This document shows positions 44,471 to 53,837 of a DNA stretch of 64,000 bases, one piece after another; within the stretch, counting starts at the first letter, position 1, and every line of letters starts with the position of its first letter. Origin of the DNA: Candidatus Fermentithermobacillaceae bacterium (GTDB lineage: Bacteria; Bacillota; Sulfobacillia; Fermentithermobacillales; Fermentithermobacillaceae). The notes under the pieces were generated by a model. The model was given only the letters and a program-made list of their open reading frames with translations, was not told where the DNA came from and searched no databases. The translations under genes and the position numbers were made by a program. The stretch lies in assembly GCA_012841375.1 (NCBI GenBank), contig DUUV01000028.1, forward strand, positions 563 through 64,562. Reading direction: 5' to 3'.

Positions 44471-44746
44471 GTGCCGCAGGGACAATTGCCTTCCTGGACC
44501 AGCTACATCTGGATCGTACTGCTCTTCGCGTTCATGTATTTCTTCACCATCAGGCCGCAACAGAAGGAACAGCGCGAGAGGGCCCAGATGATAAGGGAGC
44601 TCAAGCCGGGAGATAAGGTGGTCACAGCCGGAGGACTCATAGGAGTGATCACCAAGGTTGAGGACATGTCGGTCAAGGTGAGGGTAGCCGAGAGGGTCGA
44701 GGTAGACGTATTGAAGACCGGCATCGCGAGGCCCATAAGAGACTAG
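44471..44746 (+). CDS. yajC: Preprotein translocase subunit YajC
   Basis: GGAGG RBS before GTG 44471; YFFTIRPQQK, LKPGDKVVTAGG. Confidence 0.95.
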   Translation: MPQGQLPSWTSYIWIVLLFAFMYFFTIRPQQKEQRERAQMIRELKPGDKVVTAGGLIGVITKVEDMSVKVRVAERVEVDVLKTGIARPIRD

Positions 44747-44793
44747 AGACGCCAGAACAGATTGGCTTCATTTTGGCACTAAGAATAGATCCA

Positions 44794-44822
44794 ATCCGGA
44801 CGTTCACGTCCGGATTTTTCTT
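44794..44822 (+). terminator. Intrinsic terminator after yajC
   Basis: ATCCGGACG-TTCA-CGTCCGGAT-TTTTCTT. Confidence 0.8.
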
Positions 44823-44898
44823 GTATAATGGGCATGGAAGAAGGAGCGCTGTCGGGGAGAATCGGAGATTCCGGTGGCCGACCGGAGGAGTTCCAAAG

Positions 44899-44917
44899 TG
44901 GATCGAGAATAGATCCA
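44899..44917 (+). promoter_or_regulatory. Candidate operator palindrome TGGATC-N7-GATCCA
   Basis: Lies between a TATAAT (44824-44829) and the GntR gene; the 12-mer AGAATAGATCCA also occurs at 44782. Confidence 0.35.
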
Positions 44918-44957
44918 TTTGTGCCAATTGGTCGGGCCAGTGTAGGGAGGGGCCGCT

Positions 44958-45965
44958 TTGGACGAAAGGTCTTCCTTCGACCTCCGCAGGAAGGGCGGGT
45001 TGCCCATTTACCTGCAGGTGAAACGAAGGATAGAGTCGCTTATCTCCAGTGGTCAGTGGAGCGAGGGACAAAGGCTTCCGACGGAAAGGGCCCTTGCGGC
45101 CGAACTGGGAGTCAGCCGCAACACGGTGAGCCTCGCCTACAGGCAGTTGGAGGCAGAGGGCCTCATCACGTCAAGGCAGGGACGGGGAACCTTTGTCGCC
45201 GAGGCCGACGACATTCTACGGATGGAGAACAAGAGAGAGCGCCTGAACAGGGTCATCGACGCCGCGCTGGATGACGCCTTGGCCCTGGGGGTGAACCTTG
45301 ACGAGTTTCTCGCCGTCATGTCGCGCAGAGTGGAGGAGCGGCGGAAAATGCTCTCGGATGTCAAGATCGCTTTTGTAGAGTGCAACCGGGAGCAACTGGA
45401 CTACTTCAGCAAGGAGCTGGAACTGGGTACCGGCGTAAAGGTCCTTCCGGTCCTTATCGACGACCTCTTGGGCGGGGTGGAAGAGGCCAGAGATACAGTG
45501 GCCCGCTCCGATATGGTCGTCACCACTTTCTTCCACCTCGACGAAGTGCGCGGGTCCTTCCCTGAGAGATCCGAAGACGTCCTTGGGATCGCCCTGGACC
45601 CCGATATGGAGACCATTGTCCGCATAGCCCGGCTTCCTCCGGGCTCCAGCGTGTTGTTGGTCTGCATCTCGGATAGGTTCGCGGAGAGGATCAAGAAGTC
45701 CATGGAACTCGCGGGGATCACCGAGCTCAACGTTGAGACTGTTACCGACAGAGACCCGGCCGTGGTTGAGGACAAGCTCAAGGGCAAACGGGCGGTTATC
45801 GTGTCGCCCGGACGTCAGAAAGAGGTCGCGGCCATGGCCAGGAGGGGGACTCAGATCATCGAGTTCGTCTACCGGCCAGATGCGGGGTCCGTGAACCTTC
45901 TGGGATCTTCCGTTCTTGAGCATCGCAAGAAGAACAGGCAGAAGGGGGTCCGTAGTGGTGAGTGA
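44958..45965 (+). CDS. GntR-family transcriptional regulator with a long C-terminal effector domain
   Basis: PIYLQV, LPTERALAAELGVSRNTV, RQGRGTFV. Confidence 0.93.
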   Translation: MDERSSFDLRRKGGLPIYLQVKRRIESLISSGQWSEGQRLPTERALAAELGVSRNTVSLAYRQLEAEGLITSRQGRGTFVAEADDILRMENKRERLNRVIDAALDDALALGVNLDEFLAVMSRRVEERRKMLSDVKIAFVECNREQLDYFSKELELGTGVKVLPVLIDDLLGGVEEARDTVARSDMVVTTFFHLDEVRGSFPERSEDVLGIALDPDMETIVRIARLPPGSSVLLVCISDRFAERIKKSMELAGITELNVETVTDRDPAVVEDKLKGKRAVIVSPGRQKEVAAMARRGTQIIEFVYRPDAGSVNLLGSSVLEHRKKNRQKGVRSGE

Positions 45966-46164
45966 TTCACCGTATGAGATCGCGGTCAACGAAAAATGGT
46001 GCAAGAAGTGCGGTCTCTGCATAGCGTTTTGCCCCAAAGACGTTTTGGAGAGCGATGGAGGCGGACCAATCGTGAAAGCGCCTTCACAGTGCATCGGGTG
46101 TCTACTGTGTGAGATGCATTGTCCGGACTTTGCCATCACCGTGAAGAGGAGGGCCGAAAAATGA
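45958..46164 (+). CDS. 2x[4Fe-4S] ferredoxin (delta subunit of 2-oxoacid oxidoreductase)
   Basis: CKKCGLCIAFCP and CIGCLLCEMHCPDFAI. Confidence 0.92.
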   Translation: MSDSPYEIAVNEKWCKKCGLCIAFCPKDVLESDGGGPIVKAPSQCIGCLLCEMHCPDFAITVKRRAEK

Positions 46165-47324
46165 ACGGATCAAAGCCCAAACTTCTTCAGGGCAATGAGG
46201 CTTGCGTGGAGGGCGCCATAGCCGCCGGGCTCAAGTTTTTCGCCGGGTATCCCATCACGCCGTCTACTGAAATAGCCGAACTATGCGCCGCGCGCCTCCC
46301 TCAGGTAGGAGGCAAATTTTTGCAGATGGAAGATGAGATCGCCAGCATGGCTGCTATTTGTGGGGCCTCGCTGGCCGGCAGGAAATCCATGACGGCCACC
46401 TCAGGCCCCGGGTTCTCCCTGAAGCAGGAGAACATAGGGTTTGCGGTGGAGGCCGAGATCCCCTGCGTCGTGGTGGACGTGCAGCGAGTGGGTCCGTCCA
46501 CGGGCATGCCTACGTCGGCGGCCCAGGGCGACGTCATGCAGGCCAGGTGGGGCACCCACGGTGACCATGAGATAGTGGTGCTCTCGCCGTCGTCGGTCCT
46601 GGAAGCCTACACCTTGACTGTCACTGCGTTCAATATAGCCGAAGAACTGAGGACGCCGGTCATCCTGCTGATGGATGAAATGGTCGGCCATCTCCGCGAG
46701 AAGGTCGTGTTGCCCGAGAAGTCGGAGCTGGTGGTGAGAGACCGCGCAAAGCCGGATCTTCCGCCGGGTCAGTATAAGCCTTACGCCGACTACGGCGATC
46801 CGGCAAAGATCGCTCCCCTGGCGGCTTTCGGTGAGGGCTACAAGTACCACGTCACAGGCCTCACCCACGGTGAGGACGGTTTCCCGACAAATAACCCCCA
46901 GGCGGGCGCAACGCAAATCAAGAGGATAAACGACAAGATCACATACAGGAAGAAAGACCTGCCTCAAGCAGAAGAGCTCTTCACCGATGACGCCGAAGTG
47001 TTCGTGTTCTCGTTCGGAGGGACCGCCAGGTCGGCCAAAAAGGCCGTCCGGGACGCCCGCGCCGCCGGTCTGAAGGCGGGGCTTATCCGCCCGGTCACCA
47101 TCTGGCCGTTCCTAGAGGAGCCGCTTCTTAAGGCCAAGGCCAAGAAACCCAAGGCCGTGATTGTCCCCGAGATGAACTTGGGCCAGATAGTGAGGCCGGT
47201 CAAGCGTGTCATAGGCGACACGTGCCCGGTGGTCGGCCTGAACAAGTTGGGCGGGCAGTACATCGAGCCCGACGAGATCCTGGAAGCCGTTAAGGAGGCG
47301 ATTCTTCGTGGCTCTGCCTCTTGA
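46161..47324 (+). CDS. korA: 2-oxoacid:ferredoxin oxidoreductase alpha subunit (2-oxoglutarate type likely)
   Basis: FAGYPITPSTEI, QMEDEIAS, TATSGPGFSL, QRVGPSTGMPT. Confidence 0.88.
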   Translation: MNGSKPKLLQGNEACVEGAIAAGLKFFAGYPITPSTEIAELCAARLPQVGGKFLQMEDEIASMAAICGASLAGRKSMTATSGPGFSLKQENIGFAVEAEIPCVVVDVQRVGPSTGMPTSAAQGDVMQARWGTHGDHEIVVLSPSSVLEAYTLTVTAFNIAEELRTPVILLMDEMVGHLREKVVLPEKSELVVRDRAKPDLPPGQYKPYADYGDPAKIAPLAAFGEGYKYHVTGLTHGEDGFPTNNPQAGATQIKRINDKITYRKKDLPQAEELFTDDAEVFVFSFGGTARSAKKAVRDARAAGLKAGLIRPVTIWPFLEEPLLKAKAKKPKAVIVPEMNLGQIVRPVKRVIGDTCPVVGLNKLGGQYIEPDEILEAVKEAILRGSAS

Positions 47325-48135
47325 GAAGTATCTTCGTGTGGGCAAACTGCCACATATCTGGTGTCCCGGCTGCGGGCACGGTATCGTAACTCAAGCCATC
47401 ATACGGGCCATCGACGAAACCGGGCTTGATACGGAGGAGACCGTGATCGTTTCGGGTATCGGTTGTTCATCCCGGGCTCCCGGATACATGAACTTCGACA
47501 CCCTTCACACGACCCACGGCCGGGCCATCCCGTTTGCCACAGGCATAAAGATGGCTAATCCCGAACTCAATGTTATCGTCATAACCGGCGACGGCGACGC
47601 CGCCGCTATCGGCGGCAATCACCTCATTCACGCTGCCAGGCGGAACATCGGCCTTACCGTGGTCTGCTTCAACAACAACATCTACGGGATGACTTCGGGC
47701 CAGTACTCGCCGCTCACTCCCAGGGGCAGCTACGCCTCAACGGCCCCCTACGGCATGTTCGAGCGGCCGTTTGACCTTTGCGAGCTTGTCAAGGGAGCGG
47801 GCGGGTCATTCATCGCCAGGAGCACCGCCTACCATACCCGTCATCTCACCAACATGATCAAAGAAGCTCTGAAGTACGAAGGTTTCAGCTTTGTAGACGC
47901 GCTGTCTCAGTGCCCGACATACTACGGTCGCCGCAACAGGCTTCGCACCCCTCTGGATATGCTCAACTGGTTGAGGGATAGGGCAGTTCCGGCATCTTCA
48001 TGGGACAAGATGACCCCTGAGGAGAAAGACGGCAAGTTCCCTATAGGGATCCTGGTGAACCAGCCCTCCACGGAGCTCACCAAGGTCTATGGTGAAGTCA
48101 TGGTCAAGGCAGCGGCGGAAGGAGGAAGGGGCTAA
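47308..48135 (+). CDS. korB: 2-oxoacid:ferredoxin oxidoreductase beta subunit
   Basis: WCPGCG, SGIGCS, HTTHGRA and TPP motif GDGD...NNNIYGMT. Confidence 0.9.
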   Translation: MALPLEKYLRVGKLPHIWCPGCGHGIVTQAIIRAIDETGLDTEETVIVSGIGCSSRAPGYMNFDTLHTTHGRAIPFATGIKMANPELNVIVITGDGDAAAIGGNHLIHAARRNIGLTVVCFNNNIYGMTSGQYSPLTPRGSYASTAPYGMFERPFDLCELVKGAGGSFIARSTAYHTRHLTNMIKEALKYEGFSFVDALSQCPTYYGRRNRLRTPLDMLNWLRDRAVPASSWDKMTPEEKDGKFPIGILVNQPSTELTKVYGEVMVKAAAEGGRG

Positions 48136-48671
48136 TGCGCAGAGAATTCAGGTTGGCCGGTGCGGGCGGTCAAGGGCTGATTACTGCGGCCATTATCCTG
48201 GCCGCCGCGGCCGCCGAGCACACCGAGTACAACGCCGTGCAGTCCCAGTCATACGGACCTGAGTCGCGGGGCGGCTCTTCCAAGGCCGACGTCATCATCG
48301 CGGACGAGGAGATCGACTATCCCGAGGTGAAGAACCCCGACGTCCTGCTCGTCATGACTCAGGAAGCGTTCGACAAGTTCGCTCCCGGTGTCCGTCCGGG
48401 AGGGACGATCATCGTCGACGACACGTACGTGAAAGACGTGCCGCCCGTCGATGCCAACATCATGAGATACTCAATCAGTGCGAAAGCCAAGGAGTTGGGC
48501 CGCGAGATCGTGGCCAACATCGTGGCATTGGGTCTTCTGGTAGGCGTGACCGGTATCGTGCCCGAAGACGCGACCCTGCAGTCGGTCTTGGCGAGGGTCC
48601 CTAAAGGCACCGAAGAACTCAACGAGAAGGCTTTCTTGGCAGGCGTTCAGGCTGCCAAAGAGATAGTTTGA
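48135..48671 (+). CDS. korC: 2-oxoacid:ferredoxin oxidoreductase gamma subunit
   Basis: LAGAGGQG, QSYGPESRGG, NIVALG. Confidence 0.88.
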   Translation: MRREFRLAGAGGQGLITAAIILAAAAAEHTEYNAVQSQSYGPESRGGSSKADVIIADEEIDYPEVKNPDVLLVMTQEAFDKFAPGVRPGGTIIVDDTYVKDVPPVDANIMRYSISAKAKELGREIVANIVALGLLVGVTGIVPEDATLQSVLARVPKGTEELNEKAFLAGVQAAKEIV

Positions 48672-48713
48672 GGAGATCCTTTGCGCGCGGCGCCCTGGGG
48701 AGGATTGGCGTGG

Positions 48714-49967
48714 ATGCCGGTTGAAGGCACACACCCGCTTGCGATTGCCAGGCATCTGGTGAAGAAGGCATGCGACACGCTTGGTTTGGAGAGCGTCGCG
48801 TACGAGCGGTTGAAAGAGCCCGAGAAGACGCTGGAAGTCGCCATTCCGGTGAGAATGGATGATGGGTCGGTGAAGGTTTTCACCGGATGGCGCTCCCAGC
48901 ATTCGACGGCTCTCGGCCCCGCCAAAGGGGGCATCAGATTCCATCCGGCCACAGACGCCGACGAGATCAAGGCTTTGGCGATGTGGATGACGTTCAAGTC
49001 CTCGGTAATGGGCCTTCCTTTCGGTGGCGCGAAAGGCGGGATCCGCTGCAACCCCAAAGAGATGTCCCAGCGTGAACTGGAAAACCTGACCCGCGGTTAC
49101 GTGCGTGCCGTGGCGGACCTCCTGGGACCTCTCACGGATATCCCGGCGCCCGAGATGTACACGAACGCCCGCGTGATGGCTTGGATAATGGACGAGTACT
49201 CGTCACTCAAGGGCGAGGTCGTGCAGGCCGTGGTGACAGGCAAGCCTGTGGAACTCGGCGGCGTTTCGGGTAGAGATACGGCTACGGCCCGAGGGACTAC
49301 GCTTTGCGTCCGTGAGGCCGCCAGAGTCTTGGGCATCGACCTCACCGGGGCTTCCTACGCAGTGAGCGGCTTCGGCAACGCCGGCTTCAACGCGGCCTAT
49401 TACATGGGTGAGTTTGGGTCCAAGATGGTCGCATGCAACGATACGGGCGGTGGAGCCTACAGCCCGGAAGGGCTGGACCCGGTGGCTGTCCTGACGTGGA
49501 AGAAGGAACGCGGGACGGTAAGGGGATTTCCCGGGTCGAGTGACGTTCCGCCGGACGAGTTCTTCTCGCTTCCCGTGGACGTGATCATACCTGCCGCTCT
49601 CGAAGGCTCAATCACCGAAGAGATCGCCCTCGGTATGGAAGCAAAGCTGGTGGTGGAGGCCGCCAATGGCCCAACGGTTCCGGGCGCCGACTCTGTGCTG
49701 GAGGAGAAGGGCGTCATGGTGGTGCCCGATATCCTGGCATCGGCAGGCGGGGTTACCGCATCGTATTTTGAATGGGTGCAGAACCTCCAGGGTTCGTCAT
49801 GGACACCCGAGGAACTCAACAGGAAACTGGAGAAGATCATGGTAGAATCTTTCTCGTCCGTGTATCGAATGCACCGCGACATGAATGTGTCCATGAGAGA
49901 AGCCGCGTTCTTGGTCGGCGTGAAGAGAGTTGCCGATGCAATGAGACTCCGCGGCTGGCTTTCGTAA
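48714..49967 (+). CDS. gdhA: Glu/Leu/Phe/Val dehydrogenase, probable glutamate dehydrogenase
   Basis: [43 protein letters not shown]. Confidence 0.9.
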   Translation: MPVEGTHPLAIARHLVKKACDTLGLESVAYERLKEPEKTLEVAIPVRMDDGSVKVFTGWRSQHSTALGPAKGGIRFHPATDADEIKALAMWMTFKSSVMGLPFGGAKGGIRCNPKEMSQRELENLTRGYVRAVADLLGPLTDIPAPEMYTNARVMAWIMDEYSSLKGEVVQAVVTGKPVELGGVSGRDTATARGTTLCVREAARVLGIDLTGASYAVSGFGNAGFNAAYYMGEFGSKMVACNDTGGGAYSPEGLDPVAVLTWKKERGTVRGFPGSSDVPPDEFFSLPVDVIIPAALEGSITEEIALGMEAKLVVEAANGPTVPGADSVLEEKGVMVVPDILASAGGVTASYFEWVQNLQGSSWTPEELNRKLEKIMVESFSSVYRMHRDMNVSMREAAFLVGVKRVADAMRLRGWLS

Positions 49968-49990
49968 GTCGCTTAGGAGTCGCTTAGGAG
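49967..49990 (+). repeat. 11-bp tandem duplication (AGTCGCTTAGG x2) that duplicates the RBS region
   Basis: taagtcgcttaggagtcgcttaggagggattc, between gdh and the mutase gene. Confidence 0.8.
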
Positions 49991-50001
49991 GGGATTCACA
50001 A

Positions 50002-51669
50002 GTGAAAGCCGAGGAACTGAAGGCTCTTAAGGAGAAGTGGGAGCAGGGCACAGTTGCCAGGGTTATCCAGAGGTACCCGGAACGCAAGCCCGAGTTCGCT
50101 ACCCAGTCGGGGATCTCGATAGACCGCGCGCTGACGCCCCTTGAGTTAGAGGGATGGGACTACTCTCAGAAGCTCGGGTTTCCGGGCCAATATCCGTTTA
50201 CCCGCGGGGTTCAGCCTACCATGTACCGCGGGCGTTTCTGGACAATGCGTCAGTACGCAGGTTTCGGCACGGCCGAAGAGACGAACCGGAGGTTCAGGTT
50301 CCTGCTCGACCAGGGGCAGACCGGTCTTTCGGTAGCGTTTGACCTTCCCACCCAGGTAGGTTACGATTCCGATCATCCCCTTGCCGAAGGCGAGGTAGGG
50401 AGGGTTGGAGTCGCCATCGACTCCCTTATGGACATGGAGACCGTGTTCAGCGGTATCCCGCTGGATAAAGTCTCGACATCCATGACCATCAACGCCCCTG
50501 CCGCCGTTCTTCTGGCCATGTACCAGGTCGTGGGCGAGAAGCAAGGCGTGAGCCCCGAAAAACTCCAGGGAACCGTCCAAAACGATGTCCTCAAGGAGTA
50601 CGTGGCGAGAGGCACATACATATTTCCGCCGGGGCCTTCCATGCGCCTCGTGACCGATGTGTTCGAGTACTGCGCCAAGACGATTCCTGACTGGAACACA
50701 ATCTCCATAAGCGGCTATCACATCAGGGAAGCCGGCGCTACGGCGGTCCAGGAAGTTGCCTTCACGTTGGCCGACGGAATCGCCTACGTTGAGGCCGCGG
50801 TCAAGAAAGGCCTGGACGTAGACCAATTTGCGGGAAGGCTGTCGTTCTTCTTCAACAGCCACATGGATTTCTTCGAGGAAATCGCCAAGTTCAGGGCCGC
50901 CCGGCGTCTGTGGGCCCGTATCATGAAGGAAAGGTTCCACGCGAAGAACCCCAAATCCATGATGCTGCGCTTCCACACCCAGACGGCCGGCTCGTCTCTC
51001 ACGGCTCAGCAGCCCGACAACAACGTTATCCGTACGACTTTGGAAGCCTTGGCCGCAGTCCTGGGCGGTACCCAGTCTCTGCACACCAACTCCCGGGACG
51101 AAGCCCTGGCACTGCCCACCGAGGATTCGGTGAGGATAGCCCTCAGGACGCAGCAGATCATCGCGTATGAGTCGGGCGTCGCCGACACGGTAGACCCGCT
51201 GGCAGGCAGCTACTATGTGGAGAAACTTACAGACGAGATTGAGGCCAAAGCCGAAGAGTACATCAAGAAGATCGACGATATGGGCGGCGCCACCGAAGCC
51301 ATAGAGCGTGGGTTCCTCCAGCGGGAGATCCAGGACAGCGCCTACAAGTATCAGAAAGCGGTAGAGGCCAAAGAGCGGCTGGTTGTGGGAGTCAACTCTT
51401 TCGAAGTACAGGAAGAACCCCCCAAGGGCCTCCTCAGGGTGAACCCGGAGATTGCCGAAGCCCAGAAGAAGCGTCTGGCCTCTTTGAGAGCCGGTCGAGA
51501 TTCGAAGGCCGTGTCCTCGGCCCTCAAGGAGATCGAGAAAACCGCCAAGGGCGAAGGTAACCTGGTAGTTCCGATAGTTGAGGCGGTCCGGAACTACGCC
51601 ACCATCGGAGAGATATGCGACGTCCTTAGAAACGTGTTCGGCACTTACAGGCCCGGAGCTTTCATCTAG
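50002..51669 (+). CDS. Methylmalonyl-CoA mutase, large (substrate-binding) subunit without a B12-binding domain
   Basis: [10 protein letters not shown] (Tyr at the specificity position, as in MCM), [33 protein letters not shown]. Confidence 0.93.
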   Translation: MKAEELKALKEKWEQGTVARVIQRYPERKPEFATQSGISIDRALTPLELEGWDYSQKLGFPGQYPFTRGVQPTMYRGRFWTMRQYAGFGTAEETNRRFRFLLDQGQTGLSVAFDLPTQVGYDSDHPLAEGEVGRVGVAIDSLMDMETVFSGIPLDKVSTSMTINAPAAVLLAMYQVVGEKQGVSPEKLQGTVQNDVLKEYVARGTYIFPPGPSMRLVTDVFEYCAKTIPDWNTISISGYHIREAGATAVQEVAFTLADGIAYVEAAVKKGLDVDQFAGRLSFFFNSHMDFFEEIAKFRAARRLWARIMKERFHAKNPKSMMLRFHTQTAGSSLTAQQPDNNVIRTTLEALAAVLGGTQSLHTNSRDEALALPTEDSVRIALRTQQIIAYESGVADTVDPLAGSYYVEKLTDEIEAKAEEYIKKIDDMGGATEAIERGFLQREIQDSAYKYQKAVEAKERLVVGVNSFEVQEEPPKGLLRVNPEIAEAQKKRLASLRAGRDSKAVSSALKEIEKTAKGEGNLVVPIVEAVRNYATIGEICDVLRNVFGTYRPGAFI

Positions 51670-51682
51670 GGAGGGCTTTCAG

Positions 51683-52099
51683 ATGATTACCAAGGTGAAC
51701 CATATAGGCATAGCCGTAAAGGACCTTGACGCGGCAGTGAAGACTCTGAAGGATGTCTTTGGACTGGAAGCCGCGGGGACTCAAGAAGTGGAATCGCAGA
51801 AGGTGAAAGTGGCGTTCGTCCCACTGGGCGATACGAGGATCGAGCTTCTCCAACCTACATCAGAAGACTCGGCAGTGGCCAAGTTCCTCGTCTCAAGGGG
51901 AGAAGGCATGCACCACATCGCCCTTGAGACCGACGACGTCGCCGGCGACCTCAAGAAGGCCGAAGAGGGAGGAGCCAGGCTCATAGACAAGGAGCCCAGG
52001 CCCGGCGCCCACGGAACCATGGTAGGCTTTGTCCATCCAAAGAGCACTTTTGGCGTCCTCCTGGAGCTTGTAGAGGAGACAGGGAAGCACTCGTCGTGA
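51683..52099 (+). CDS. mce: Methylmalonyl-CoA epimerase
   Basis: NHIGIAV, IELLQP, GEGMHHIA, FVHPKSTFGVLLELVE. Confidence 0.93.
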   Translation: MITKVNHIGIAVKDLDAAVKTLKDVFGLEAAGTQEVESQKVKVAFVPLGDTRIELLQPTSEDSAVAKFLVSRGEGMHHIALETDDVAGDLKKAEEGGARLIDKEPRPGAHGTMVGFVHPKSTFGVLLELVEETGKHSS

Positions 52100-52941
52100 T
52101 CATCGACTGCCACGCACATGTAGTTCCTCCGGAGATCTCGAGGGATCCCGCTCGTTTTGCGGAGCGGGATCCCCATTTCGCAATGCTCACAAAGACAAAG
52201 AACGCCGCTTTCCTGACGGGAGCCCATCTTCTCAGAGACATGGATGCCGGCGGGGTTCAACAGGCGGTTGTCTCCGGGTTCGCGTTCAAGGATACAGGCA
52301 TCTCGCGCCTCCAGAACGACCATTCCCTCGACTTGAGCCGGTCGCACCCGGACAAGATCGCGGCACTGGCGGTGGTAGACCCTGAGGCACCGGGAGCCGT
52401 GGCCGAAGTGGAGAGGTGTCTCTCCCTGGGGGCGTGTGGAGTGGGCGAGGTCTTCCCGGCAGGCCACGGATTCGACCTCCTGGGAAAGGGCATGAAGAGG
52501 ATCGCCGGCTTGTGCCGCGAGGCGGGCGCCGTGGTCCTTATCCATGTAAACGAGCTGGTAGGCCACGCCTATCCCGGCAAGGGAGACGTGGGTCCCCTGG
52601 ACGCGTACCGGTTCGCGGTAGAGAACCCCGGGCTTACCACTATCTTCGCTCATTTGGGAGGCGGCCTGCCTTTGTATGCCGCCATGCCCGAGGTCAAGAG
52701 CCTTGAGCACGTTTACTACGACAACGCTGCCCAGCCGTTCTTGTACAAGCCAGATGTATATATGGCCTTCAAGGCGCTTGGGGTTTTGGACAAGATCATG
52801 CTGGGGAGCGATTATCCCCTGGTTTCCTGCAAAAGATACATACGAGACATTGCCGTATCAGGCCTCTCCCCGAAGGAGCAGGAGATGATTTTGGGGGAAA
52901 ACGCCAAGGGAGTCTTTGGAAAGTATTTCGCCTCCGGATAG
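52096..52941 (+). CDS. Amidohydrolase-family protein (Amidohydro_2)
   Basis: IIDCHAH, GVGE, LIH, FAHLGGG, MLGSDYP. Confidence 0.88.
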   Translation: MIIDCHAHVVPPEISRDPARFAERDPHFAMLTKTKNAAFLTGAHLLRDMDAGGVQQAVVSGFAFKDTGISRLQNDHSLDLSRSHPDKIAALAVVDPEAPGAVAEVERCLSLGACGVGEVFPAGHGFDLLGKGMKRIAGLCREAGAVVLIHVNELVGHAYPGKGDVGPLDAYRFAVENPGLTTIFAHLGGGLPLYAAMPEVKSLEHVYYDNAAQPFLYKPDVYMAFKALGVLDKIMLGSDYPLVSCKRYIRDIAVSGLSPKEQEMILGENAKGVFGKYFASG

Positions 52942-53021
52942 GGAGGAAACACAATCGTCGTTCAGAATACAGTAGAGTGAAGGCAGGGTGGGTCGGAAAA
53001 TCATCCTAGGGGGGCGAGTCC

Positions 53022-53225
53022 GTGAGACCACCCAGAACGGTTGAGTACATCTGCCTTGCGTGCGGGGCTCAAGGGTCTACCCGGCGGGAGGCAGATAGAC
53101 GGGAAGAGCACGACACAGGCGGCTTTTCTCTCAGGTGTCCAAAGTGCGGAGGTTCCGTGCTGTACCTGGAGAGGAAAGCCGCCGAAGATTCTTACGATGC
53201 CGTCGCCACGATAGGAAAAGACTAG
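53022..53225 (+). CDS. Small zinc-ribbon protein
   Basis: GGGGG RBS; CLAC...CPKCGG. Confidence 0.6.
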   Translation: MRPPRTVEYICLACGAQGSTRREADRREEHDTGGFSLRCPKCGGSVLYLERKAAEDSYDAVATIGKD

Positions 53226-53248
53226 CCAAGAGACATAGACTCCCGGAG

Positions 53249-53282
53249 AGGCCGCCATCCCGAAACGGGACGCGGCCTTTTT
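53249..53282 (+). terminator. Intrinsic terminator
   Basis: AGGCCGC..TCCCG-AAA-CGGGA.GCGGCCT followed by a T-tract. Confidence 0.8.
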
Positions 53283-53336
53283 CATTGGCGCGGGAAAGTC
53301 AGTTCACTCAATTATCGTTGGAAAATCAGCTAATCA

Positions 53337-53400
53337 TTGAAGGAATTGCACTCGATGTGTAGAATAGGGGTGTCTAGTGGGGGAGAGTGGTGATTGGTGG
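53337..53400 (+). promoter_or_regulatory. dcw promoter and MraZ-binding direct repeats
   Basis: TTGAAG-17 bp-TAGAAT with extended TG; GTGG at a 10-bp period (53377, 53387, 53397). Confidence 0.75.
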
Positions 53401-53837
53401 CACAGGCCACAGGGTTTGTGGGGGAATACCTTCATACCGTGGACCTGAAGGGGAGAGTAGCCCTGCCCTCAAAGTTCAGGGAGGCTCTCGGTCCCCGTTT
53501 CTACATTGCTCGAGGCCTGGACAACTGCCTTTTTGTCTACCCTAGCGAAGAGTGGGCACTTGTCTTGGAGAAAATCAAGAACATGCCGCTGAACCACAGG
53601 GAAGCCCGTGACTACCAGCGCTACTTCCTCTCGGGAGCGACCGACGTGGAACCTGACCGCCAGGGAAGGATCGTCCTACCCATGTCGCTCAGGGAGTATG
53701 CGGGCATCACCAAGGATGTCTGGATACTTGGAGTCGGGACAAGGGCCGAGATTTGGGATAAAGAGGTGTGGGATCGCAAGAAGATAGATATCGGAAAGAC
53801 CTTCTCGACAATAGCGGAGAGTGTTACAGGCGTATGA
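53394..53837 (+). CDS. mraZ: Transcriptional regulator MraZ
   Basis: FVGEYLHTVDLKGRVALP, DRQGRIVLP, EIWD. Confidence 0.97.
   Translation: MVAQATGFVGEYLHTVDLKGRVALPSKFREALGPRFYIARGLDNCLFVYPSEEWALVLEKIKNMPLNHREARDYQRYFLSGATDVEPDRQGRIVLPMSLREYAGITKDVWILGVGTRAEIWDKEVWDRKKIDIGKTFSTIAESVTGV

Noticed and set aside
44773-44930. sigma-54 promoter at the TGGCAC motifs on either strand
   Set aside because: Neither has the required TTGC -12 element at the correct spacing.
49967-49990. 11-bp duplication before the mutase gene as a regulatory element
   Set aside because: Only two copies. A local slippage event or assembly artefact explains it; kept as a feature only.
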